A stretch of 64,000 nt of DNA, from NCBI GenBank assembly GCA_012295275.1, contig CM022670.1:16120001-16184000 (forward strand). Direction: 5' to 3'. Position 1 is the first letter of the stretch. Each line of letters starts with the position of its first letter. Positions 26,477-39,600 of the stretch are shown piece after piece. The position numbers and the translations under genes were made by a program. The notes beneath the pieces were generated by a model. It had not been told where the DNA came from and ran no database searches. It saw nothing but the letters and a program-made list of their open reading frames with translations. The DNA comes from Chrysomallon squamiferum. Taxonomy: Eukaryota; Animalia; Mollusca.

Positions 26477-29400
26477 AAAAAAAGTAAGTAAGAGAGAAAG
26501 AAATTGTGTGTGTATGTGGTTAAGAGAGGGAGATTAGAAAGTGTGTATGTATATATGTGTGTGTAAAAGAGAGTGTGTGTGTGTGAGAGAAAAAGAGTGA
26601 GTAGAGAGACAGAGTGTGTGTGTGTGTGTGGGTATGTGGGTGGGTCTAAAAGAGAGAAAAAAGTCTGTGGGTGTGAGTGTGGGTGTATGGTGAAGGCATA
26701 TGTAAAACATTAGAGATAAGGTAATGGAATGAAAAATATGTAGCAGAAACAGAGAAAGAGAAAATAAAAATAGAATCAGAATTATCTTGTCAGGAAATAT
26801 TTTATGTTTCAGGTTAAGAAAATGAAAACAAGAAAATATAAATTCTCAAACTTTTATATCTAATCTGCTGTAATTAATATTTTGGATTTCAAAATAATAA
26901 TAATAATAGTAACAACAACAACATCACATTTAATTATTATTTTTTTATATATCTATAATCTGTATAATAATTAATCTTTTTATAATATACACCTGGATCT
27001 CAAGTGGAAATTTATATTTAAAAGGAAGTTGTTTTAAATGCAAGAGGAAAGATTTAAAATAGTAAAATATTTTCTTTTAATACCAGTTGTTATAATTCAG
27101 AAAAAAGAACATAAGTCAGAATTAAACCAAAAATTTATATTTGAAAAAATATTGAATCAATCTGCTTATATATCATATATAGCTTATATATCAATATATA
27201 TCTTCAAAGTTATGAACTGAATATTCTGTATGAATAATTGGTTATGTAGTAAAGTATGGGATACTACCAATATTAATTTGGGAGATATTACTGATATTAG
27301 TACAGGATACTACCAGTATTAGTATGGGTGGTACTACCAATATTAGATATAATGTATTAAGTGTACTTACCTCAGTAAGAGCATGTAGCTGGCCTTCATG
27401 TACACAAACTCCCATAAATCTGAAAAATAAACATTTTAACATTAACAATATTTACTGCACACTTATAATGTTATACTTACAGCAAACTATTGTTGTGTTA
27501 ACAATGTGCCAGTGTTATGTAGAATGAAATAAGAAAACCACAGTGAATTTTTTAAATTAAAAATCTCAAACTCTTTGTTTACATTTGATTACTATTTTAG
27601 TTAAATTATAAAAAATACATTTGTATATTAAATATTTTGATTTTTGTGTTAGAAAGTCTTATTTCTAGATACAGGTTAATTAAAAAAATTACATAAAACA
27701 ATATAAAAAACATGATGTCTTGAAAATACATTATTATTGTTTTTTTCTCAGGAGGAACATACATTTTGATAAAAAGAAGACTGTTTTAATGAATATAATC
27801 TATTTGTTGGGAACTATAGTAACATTGCTGATTTAAAAAAATAATAATAATAAAAAATAAAAAATAAAAACACTATGCTAGTTGTCACAGATAGAATTCA
27901 GTGACAGAATTTTAGAAATCAGAAACAAGAACAACTGATTGATATCATTTTATAGTCTTTGTTTATTCAACAGTAATCAAAAAAAAAAAAAAAAAAACCT
28001 ATTTTGTTGTAACATTTTTGGGGGCAATGATGATGTTAATAATAATAATAATAATAAATAATTTTAAAATTTTTAACTGACCAATGTACATTCAATATTA
28101 ATTATATCCAGTGTACAAATTTTTTCAAAAGTAAATGATATGTTATTTTCTATCTAAAAAAAAGTGCTCTAAAATGCAGTCAAGAAAACGAGAGAGAAAC
28201 TATATGACATCAAAATGCTTAATTAAAATTTCATATAAAAGTGTCTTCTGACATTATGTTTATCAGATTATTTGTACTGCAGTTTATATATTTTTATGAT
28301 GTGTATATTTATACTGAGAAGTGCCATGTCATGTTGTACATTTGCAGAATGGTTCTATAAGAAAATGCTGATCCACGGCCAAGTTGTGTGCAGATTTGGA
28401 ATACATGGTTTGATGCTACAGGCAGATGCAAGGTCACTGTAACTCTGGCTTTTGTTATCATAGTACAATAGCAAACTTTCTAGGTTAATTTCTAGTGCAG
28501 TACTCATTTGTCTACGAAAAAGTTTGTAATATAACACACTGCTGGTAAAACCACTTGACTGTGCAAATAATAAGGTCAATTATTTGTTTACTGTCATATG
28601 TAATATCATTTAAAAAATATATATATATAAATAAATAAAATTATTATTAACAGAGTTCATTCTTCCTATCATACTAAGAGTAACAGTCTATAATTATTAA
28701 AAAGAAAATTATATTTCTGATTGCACACATGATTGCACACATGCCTGCACACACACATGCTCGCACACACACACATACACACACTCACAAGACAGGCATA
28801 TGCCACATGATGTCACCTGCTGATTCAATTCTATTTTCCTCTACACTGATATTTGTTATTACATCACACAGCTTACCACCATGACAAGAATTATCTAGTT
28901 TTATTTATTATATTAACCCACTTATTAAAATTTCATATTCACTTATATAAACACTTTTCTTTATCTTCTTTCTCTTTTTTTTTTGTTAAAGCTTTAAAAA
29001 TCTATACAAATTAACTTGCAGAAATCAGTGTTTGAATGATATTTTCATACATGAAAATTTCTGAATCCTGAAAACAACTATATCCAAGAAAATATAAATA
29101 ATTTTTGATAATGAAGCAAGATGTCTATGATGGCCTTTTGAAAACGTAATTGGAAACAATTGCTTGTTAAACAAATAGAGATAGAGAAATAAATATTTCA
29201 TAACTATAAATTATTATTAAGTACAACTATCTAATTAAATGAAAAAAATCTCGAATCTGATATATTTATACAAAACAGATATGAAATTAAAAGTATTAAG
29301 AAAACCCACCCCAAAAACAACAAAAAAAAGAACAACAACAAAGAAATAATAATAATAAAAAATAATCATTGTAATATAATACTTTTTGATAACATGAAAG

Positions 29401-32400
29401 GAAGACATCCTTCTTATTTCCCTAAGGAAAGATAGGAATTTATTTCCTCAAGATTATCAGTTTGCTAATCAAGAATATCTCAAGAAAAGCTAATGAAAGG
29501 AAAGAAGTGATCTCACTTCTTTTTGGCCAAGAAAAACCAGCAGGATGACTTTATGACCTAGATTATCATATAAGGAAAGTAAATCTTTTAAAACAAGGAA
29601 ACTGTTACCAATTAACAATGACAAATTATCATGTTAAGATTCATACATCTTTCTCTCATGGACAAGTCAGGTAATGTTACAACTAGAAATGAGTTATCCA
29701 ACACAAGGGAGTGAAAGGTCAGTTGTAAATAATATAAACAAGAGCAAAAACAAAAACTTGGCAACACCTGTGAGGCTGAAAGCTGTAATGCCTGGACTTT
29801 TGTTTGAGTCTTTATGTAAAGCACTGTCAAGGTCTTTTTAACAGCTCCATGGAAAGAGCTGATAAAAACTTGCTCAGAACCAATACACTAGACAATTTCT
29901 TTGTTAAATCAGTAAATGCAATGTCCTTGAAAATTAAAACTCCACAAAATACTGCTGCCAAATAATTCTAATGGCAACTTTTCTAAAGTTTTTAACCATA
30001 TAGATATATATATCAGGAAGTTATTTTAATGATTATTAAATTATACTGTTTTCTTATGAAAATGATTTTATAATCTCTAAACAAATTTCTGACTTCTATT
30101 TTGGAATGCCTATCAAAAAATGTTCTCCTATTTTCTTACTGACTTGAATTTTTTTTTTTTTTTTTTTATATTTTTCTGTTTGCTAAAAACTGACCTGAGA
30201 ATGTTCTTGTGAGACAACCTGTTCATAAGTTGCACCTCTCTCAGCATGTTTGGTCTGTTTGTGTCAGACTTGTTCATCTTCAGCACCATCACCTGGTTTG
30301 TACTTCTGTGTGTTACCTATAAAACAACAAGTTTAAATATAATATATCATCTTTGTCTTATAACCTGTTTCTAAACACGCTCAATAGTAAATGTCCTTGA
30401 AGACAAATGTTAGACTTCAGTTTTAAACATTACCTATAAAAACAACATTTTTAATAATACATCATCTTTGTTTCATAACACTTTTTTCTAAACACTTTCA
30501 AAAATAAATGTCCTTGAAGACAAATGTTACTCAGCAGTCTTAAATATCTTCACCTGTATTTTAAAATATGATCAGTATAATCAGTGTTAGATACACAGCT
30601 ACCTGTAAGAATACCCAGAAAATATCCTTTTCCTATAAAACATAATAATCATAGAAAAATTAAATTACAGTAGTTCTTGCACTACATTCACTTTTATTAG
30701 ATGATATGTACATTCAACATACATGAATATTTGTTTTCACTTTTATCATCATCTATGACTAAAATAATTTTTATTTATAATAGCATATATACTATATATG
30801 TCTTTTTCGGTTATGCACATAAGAAAATGTATGAGGTGCATTTTTTCAAATTTAAAATTAATAATTTTAGTGGGAATATTATGTTTCTAACCAATGACAC
30901 ACATATTGTCTTTCTTTTTGAAGAAGGATTTTGCTGTCTTTTTGAAATTGGTGACTTCTAACCAGCAAACCACACAGAGAGAAGTGCCATCATCAAAGTA
31001 TGTGACTATTTGAATGAGCTTTTACATCCTAACCACTGAAGTGAAAAGGTCAAACATGATGGTGAATATGATACATCTGTGCTACTTTTAAAACTTAGGT
31101 AATAAAACACTTGAACATGACCAATATCTGACAGACAATCTCCACAGTGAAATCTCAATACTCCTTACCTTACAATCTTCACTATTGTATCTAGAAAGTT
31201 ATAAACTAATGCTTCCAGGCAAATTCTTTTTTATTATCAAATAAATTTTTAAAAAGTGTATCCTATATAAAAAAAATATAATAAAATAAAACAATTAGAA
31301 CTTTGTACTTTTAGTTCTTTCAATCTAAAAGAAAAGAAAAAAAGGTTAAAGAAAAGAAAAGAAATAAAAAAGAATCCCAAGACAGAAAGTTTTGAGATAC
31401 TGGAACAAAACTGAAATAAATAAAAATATTAAAAAATGAAAACTTTTCGATGAAGATGAAGTTTTAAATATTGATTTTTAGATCACATATGTGTTTTCCT
31501 AGAAGGGATATTTTCAATATTTTACGTTAATAAAGAAACGAAACTGCAATGTGAAAAGATAAAAAGTGGATCAAAGAAGATTTTGTAACCATATTTGTTA
31601 CTTTGATGTCAGATCAAAAAACTACACAAAAATATTTATTTTAGGGAGACAAATTGAGGATTACGAAGTTACTACAGTAAATGTTATGATTAGAGAAACT
31701 GAAACCTCCCACAGAGCCATACTGTAAAGAAATGTGTGTTAATCAGTTGTTCATATTACTGCAATACATCTTGTGTCAACTTTGTCTGAATATGGTCACA
31801 TAACACCCTGAAATATTATCAAGAGTGTAAATAAAGTAACACTTCATGAATTATAATATGGCATGTAAGAGACATCACTAACAATATTGAAACTGTTTGT
31901 CAATCCCTGATTTTGTATAATATTGGTATGAAATGTTAACATATACAAATAACAAAGATAATAATATTATATTAACACAAAACCAGCAAAAAAAAACCAT
32001 ATTCCCCCCAAAAAAAAAAATATATTGATAAACAAAAAAAAATAAAAATAAAAAAACAAAAAAATAGAAGTCCAGTTTAAAGTTTTATCCAGATGAAGTC
32101 ACCTTTTGAAAAAGAAAAGATCAGGGACAATGTTAAAATAAAGGAAATAAAAAGCTATTTGATTTTTATTGACAAATTTTGGTTATAAACATGATCAAAA
32201 TTAATCAGCTACAGATACAGTTTTAACATGGAGTTTATATTCAGGGACAATGATTAAAATAATTTCTTTTTTTTTAATTGGAACTGAATTTTTAATAAAA
32301 TGGTTTTACAGGATCAAAATTATTCATGGAGTTTATATTCAACACTTTAATAAAACTTTTTTAAAAAAAAACAACAGTAACATGATAAAGTTCTATAATA

Positions 32401-34762
32401 TAAACCATATGAAATGTATTTGTGTTTTAAAGACTGAATGCAGCAAAAAACAATTTCAAAAAAAAAAAAAATATTTTTTCAAGGTAATCAGAACAGTATG
32501 AGCTTAATTATAGTTTTTTAAATTTAGCCTGTAGCAAAAGTCTTCAACAACAAACTAGTTTGCTGAAAACATTTACTCTTGTTACTGATAATGGAGCAAT
32601 ATCAACAAAACATTAGATTGTATTTTTTCTCTTTAATTTTAAATTCTGTCTTTATGTTTTAACTGGATTCATTAACATAAATAATACCTCATAAGAAAAC
32701 TAAAATTAATTCCTTTTTATTTGATTTTTTAAACTTACTCCTTTTTATAAGAAAAAAAAAAAAAATTGTTCAATATTGTATGGTGTATATACAACCATGT
32801 TTGTAAAGTTTATTTTTAGAAAATAATGTAAAATTGTTTGCTTTTACCCTCTAACATTTTTTTTGATATGTTCAACATTTCTAAGTGAAAATAACTTCTA
32901 AAAATATCACCATTACCTATGAATATTTTTAAAATATGTTCTTCATACATAAAAAAATATTTTTGGGTGCAAGGATTAAGGTATGTGAAAAGAAACTGAG
33001 GACATGTATTTATAACTTAAAGCTTGGATCTGAATTTAATTTTATAATTTAAAATAAAAAAATAAACATACAAGTTTTTTTTTTTTTTTCTTCTTGTGTG
33101 GGAGGGTGGTGGATATTTTAAACATACAGTCTTGAAATTAACAGAAATTCCTGCTGAATTTAAATTCATGACTGCTATGGATATGATATGTAGAATAATG
33201 AAAGAAAGAATCAGAAACAATACATTTATTTAAATGTTGTAAAAAAGAAAATGCATGCATAGGACATATTATCAGTTTCATCACACAACCATTAAAAAAA
33301 TGAAAAGGTTTCAACATATATGGCAATTTTACACAGGTTTCACCACATAAGGCACTTTTACATAGGCTTTTCTTTTTTCCCACTAAATTATTTTTGGTGT
33401 CTGAAATCAATATTTAGCCTAATTTTTCAGGTATAGCTGAATATACTGTTCACTAGTTTTCGTAAATCTTGAAGTATACTCTCAATTTCATCCTGTAGTG
33501 GATCCATGTTTAGCCTCTGTTTTCTGATGTTAATTAAAAAAATATGGATATATAAAGTTCGATTATTCATTTTATAAAAATCAATAAAAATTAATATGCT
33601 GTAATCAGTTAGATTCCTTTAACATCACAAAAGCTGGGGATACTGTAAAAATAGAGGCAGTGTAATTAAATGAACCATTCAACACTCCTACAAAATGGCA
33701 ATCTTCTTCACTGCCTGGTATTGATTGCCACTAGAGTGCCAGTTGTCTATTTTGGTTTTGACTTTATCCAAGGAAAGTCCTTACTAATGGTTGTTTGTAT
33801 GTATTTGTACACATTCACGTGAAGTGCTGTCAAAACATTACTAAAACTGTTTAGTGAACAGAAAATCACAGTAAATCATACAAATATGAGAGTGGTAGAA
33901 AAGATGAAAAATATTTGACCCGTTTCTTAGGTTATTAAGATGTGGAAAATGTAAAATGTTATTAAAAACTACCACAACTTGGTCAGTAAACATTGGTTAT
34001 ATCTTTGTTATTAGAGACATGTGAATTTAGTGATAAATTCACATCTAAGGTTTATGGAGATTTAAACTGGTAATACACTTTTATACTTATGACAAAAATA
34101 AATAAAATAAAACTTAAATATTCTGAGCCTAAGCATATTTATTACTTTCATTAAATGTAAGAGAAATTCTTAAGTATTCCTCTATTTTAAAAATTTAATT
34201 AAACTGAAGTAATTCTAAATTTCAAATGTGAGTGTAGTTATTTCTTTCATTAAATGTCATGAAATTTTTGAATATTTCCAGTAACTATTTTAAATATTTA
34301 ACTAAAGTCATTTTAAATTTCATATGTTTGGGTTTTCAAACTACATAAAAACCTATCACTTTCATTGTGATCATAAAAATAAACATCAGAGCTTCAAAGT
34401 TCATGCACTCAGAATCTCCATCCCTTTGTCCTCAATCAATGGCCAGAACTTAACAGCTATGCTTGGCTGAAGTTTTATTTTTTTGTGGACAAACAAACTA
34501 AGATTATTGACAAGATAAACAAAATGGGAGTATGCCATTAAACTACAATGGTACTGAAGAAGACACCATTTTTTTAAAAGTGAATAAAATACTTCTATCA
34601 TTGTTGTTGCTTCTATGACCTCCTGAAGAAGTGTAATATATCAGTTGCTTGTAATGTTTAGTTATTTCTGAAATCACCCATATGTCACCGAATTAAGTAC
34701 TGCTAGGTTAAACAGTATTAGAAAAAAAAGAAATGGTAAAATAATTTTAAAATACGCGCGCG

Positions 34763-34804
<42 letters not shown>

Positions 34805-36601
34805 TTCATTTCAAGGATAAATAACTGAATTAATTACTTAATTAATAAACAAAGTACAATGTCAGTGCAAAGGTGTTTCTATCAAAATATATTTCTATAT
34901 GTACGAAATATGTTGTGGCATGCCACATGTTAAAAATATTTTAAATCATTAATGATTTTTATTTATTTAGTTTTTATTACATATTTTATTTATTAATCAA
35001 TTTGTACACACCTGGTGTAAGCATTTCTTTTTTTGATAAAAATTATTAAATCTGTATCATACCTCTATAATCTATATTACCAGCAGTGAGATGGAAAAAT
35101 ACATTTTAGTTTTCATTATCTTAAAAGAATTGATGTGGTTACTTTGGTTATATATTAAAAAAAAAATTAAAAAAACATTACTTTTGCATAATTATCTTCA
35201 GGACAATTTCTTTTGTAAATCAACAGAACCTATCAATACCCCAAGGCAGTTTACATTCTGTATACTTCTTTTTTTTTCTCTCTTTTTTTCAGCTAGTCCA
35301 CACATATTTTATTACAAGAATTATATACAGTGTTATCTGAACACAAACCACCCACATCAAGAAATTCTGATTACTTGTTTACTAATTCTGGGCGGTCATT
35401 AATTCGTAGGAGATAAAAATGTCATTAGGACAGAGGGTCTCTAAGACGGGAAAGTCTTCACAGTGAACACAGCCAACAGTTAAAATTATCATGGAAACTG
35501 AAACCACAAGGTTTTTTTTACAGATATTTTAGCTTGCCAATACTAAATAACTAACACAGGTTTTCAGGCTCATGTAGATTAGTTATGTTAAATATCCAAG
35601 ATCACTTATTAATTAAAAAATAAATTAAATATATTTTTTAAAAGAACAACTTTATATAGTTCTGATCATAGGTTCCAGAAGAGTTACATGCATGCCAGTA
35701 ACAAAAACCTGTCAAACAAGAAATTTATTTTATTGGTTTTATAATCAAGATTCTTAACTCCATTAATATATACAAAGCAGACTTGGTAATAGCATTCTCT
35801 TATTTCTTTGTTATTTCACCATGATGAAGGGAACTGCAAATGTATGTCATGTTCAATGCAATAGGGTTTGGGCAAATGATTCACAGTTTATAGAAAAGGT
35901 TTTTGAAGGCCAAAAAGGATCAACTTTACAGATGAAGTGTCTGGTATATTCAATATTTTAGTCAATCAAATAGTTCAACCTGTCAGTGTCTAGATTCAGT
36001 GATGCCACTTACTTTAGTGGTTCCTTGGTTCAGTTATAGCTTGAACAGTCAGGAATATAATAGCCCCTATAGCCCTGTCATGGGTTCTTACAGGGCTATC
36101 ATGAGGCTGAGCATATGGACATTCAGCTGTATTTCTTCTGTACTATCTTCTTGGAATGAGCTTGTTTGGCAGCATCTGTCAACAGTACAGTGCTTTATCT
36201 TTGTAGCTTTTCTTCTTATTTTATTTTCATACACTGAACAAAGATTTACTGTTAATTGAAGGGGATTGGCATCCCATATATATATATATATAAATTGCCA
36301 AAAAGTGTTGTGAAGAACTAAATGGGTTCTTCTCAGATGTAATGTCAACAACATGAACAGGGCAATCATATGAATGTATCAGGCTGGCACTGAATACAGT
36401 GCCTAATTGGCATCTAGTACTGGCACAGTTTTACTCAAACAATTTTGGCATCACAAAAACATGCACATGTAAAATTTAAAAAAATCAATTTAAAAATTAT
36501 TTACATTAAAAAACAAATTATTATTGTTATTATTCTTATTTGTTTTGTTTGAAGACTAAGTAGATGAAGATTACATTGGTCACTTGCTTAATTTGATGGC
36601 C

Positions 36602-36637
<36 letters not shown>

Positions 36638-39600
36638 ATTAATTTGTCTGACACTGGGAATTGTTTTGCAACATAACTAGTATTCATGCACAGATAAAAA
36701 TGCAAACCCAAACAGATAAAGGCACCCACTTTCACTTTAAAAAAAAAAAAAAAAAAAACACAAATAAAGTTTTATGATAGAGAATGAAGCTAGGATGTGG
36801 AATAACAACATTACTAATTTAAAAAAGCTCACAATAATCAATAAGCATTACACAAATGTAATAACCTAGTAGAAAAAAAAAATTATACAGATATTAATGT
36901 CAGTGCATGTGTAAAATTTGACAATTAACATTCTGAGCTAACAGTGGAAATCAATACAACCTGTCAAATCAACCTGGTGTTAAATTTTTAATAAAACAAA
37001 TGAGAGATCCTAGTTTAGTTCTGACTAATGGCATCACACTGACTAAAACAGTATTATTTATGGAGATGTATTTTAACATAAATTTCACAACTTAGTTTCA
37101 AGCTAGTAAATTAGTATATTTGATGGGGAACCAAAAGGAAAACTGATATCCTTCTTAATATACATATCATAAAATAACTTAATATTTTCAATGGTATTAA
37201 AAAGTAACACTTTATTAACATCCATTAAGTCTGGCATAATAAAAAAATAAAAAAAACATTTTTAAAAATGTTGTCTGTCTCCATCATATTGGTTGGGTAG
37301 TTTTGGGTAGTTTTGGGTAATTTAATTTTCAATAAAGTGAATCAAAATGTTGTAAACAAATGGTTTTGTTTCATTAAAATTTTAACTGAATTACCAACCT
37401 GGAAAAAAAATGGTAGCTGATATTATATACTGTGTGAATCTGAATAACCAAATAGGTTAACTGTTGACAGATAACTTACATGATTTTGAGTTAAGTAATT
37501 ACGTAATTCATTTGGCATGAAACTGTACACTAAACTATTACTTAAATAATTATTGAGTCATGTTTTCAGTATTTAGCTTCATTGTCGGAATATATAATAA
37601 AACTAATATTACAATGTAGACATATAACTAATGTATAAAATACTTTGAAAAATGGACCTTTATAGCTAATGAAAATGGGATTTATCTGTTAATTTTGTTA
37701 TCACTATTAGCCAAATTTGTTACCGACACTGTTCATTCAGACTGAATAATGCACAAGTATATAGGTGCAATGTCAAGCAATACTTTGTATACTTTTCACA
37801 GATCTTCGCACCTTTTGTCAAACATGTTTGATGTCTATGTTTGCTGTTCAACTGAGCCATTAAAAGAGCAAATTTGGCCAAACAGAAAACAGAGTTTAAG
37901 CAATCGTATTAGTGGACATACAATCAACAAGTCTGTCACAGAGGAATTAAACATGGACATTTGTAACACAAAAAATAAATTTCCACATGGATTGTCAAAT
38001 ACAATAAATAACATTTATTATCATTAACATGGCCATATAATATATAGTTGCTATGGCAATAAATAAATAAATAAATGTATTACTATACATGGACATTTTA
38101 CTATTCAGGTATGTGACTAGAATTGTTTCTATGTGAACCCCTTGATGAATCATTTAAGAAACATGGCTTAAACAATATGTAACTGAACTAAGATACTATA
38201 CTCAGCATGTATCTTTTTACAGTATGCTAGTAAACAAAAACAGCAGGCTATACACTATATCCAATACATGTGTTCTGTTATGATTAAAATATACATTCAA
38301 ATATACGTTTATATGTTAACAGAAAATAATGTTGTCTGACAGCAATCATGATATCTTGTTGTTTGCACACCAAGCTATGACATATCACTTTGTGTATTAC
38401 AAGATATAATGTTCTTACACCTATATAGTATTACAAGTATCAAGATAACAGATTAACAGTTGAAAATAAACAAAACAGGCCAAGAAAATCTCATCAGCCA
38501 GAAACAATTAGGTAACATCTGTAACTACACATAAAAGGTAAATAACTATGTCTACTATATTAAATTAAGAAATAAAATAATAATAATAATAATAAAGTTA
38601 AATTAACAATAGTATTTTTTGTATCTGAAATGGATAGAGAAATATATTAACCTCATTTAATTGATTTCCTTGTTTACAGTACTGATTACCATTCATTCGC
38701 ATTTGTTCTGTATTCATCTATAAAAACAACTGCATTTTATTTCACTAGTTCCTTAATTCTTAATGAGATTTCAAAGTGGATTTCCCTTTATTAAGCATCT
38801 GAAATCTATTAATCTTTTCCTTATTTAACTGTACAGTTGCAGTCTTCAAAAGTATTATTTAACCATAATTGGATTAAAGATTATATTAAATGAAATCATT
38901 CTAAATCCTTAACATATCTGTGAATAACACTCAGAAAAATATAAAATAAAAAAGTGGTTGTTTCAATATGTAAACAAATAAAGGCAACTTTTTTTTTCTC
39001 TTAGTCTTCAGCAATAAATGTTTATTCCTAAATACTGACATATATTTGTACATTTTTATTTTAAATAAATAAATAAGTAAAAACACACACAACTAACTGT
39101 AATGTTACATATTATTAGACAATGCACTTGAATTAAGTCAGGTTTAATTTCACCACAATGGCAATGTAGGATTACAAATGTGATTATTACAGGGCTAATT
39201 TGTGGCCACTCCAGGACATTTCCTCTTCACAGGCTTTAATTTGAAAAAGCTGATGAAAATGCCAAAAAAGAAAGAAATCTTATGGAAGTGAACAAATCCA
39301 CAGACTGAAAACACCAGGGGTCTATATGTCACCTTCTAAACCATTTCTAAGCAGCTGTTTTAAAAATACAGCTGACAGTTAAAAATGTTTACTGAATATT
39401 TTTTCTCACTTGTTTTCTTGTTCTTACTTTTTATATACAGCTTAATATATGTATGAATTCTACATTTATTATTTACAGTCACTAAGCTTTTGTTTCTTCT
39501 TTTTTTTAATGAATGTTAAGACATACAAACCAGCTGCATGCTAAATAACTCTGGAGTAATGGTTAATAAGGAATTATTAATTTCAGTAAATTAAATTTGT

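Noticed and set aside
28355-28579. Higher-GC block with a minus-strand acceptor as a TESK cassette exon
   Set aside because: In the required phase it hits a stop within ~18 codons, and I found no convincing donor.
35999-36420. Opposing 86-aa and 93-aa ORFs in TESK intron 1 as a nested gene
   Set aside because: No recognisable domain or splice structure; more likely old repeat debris.
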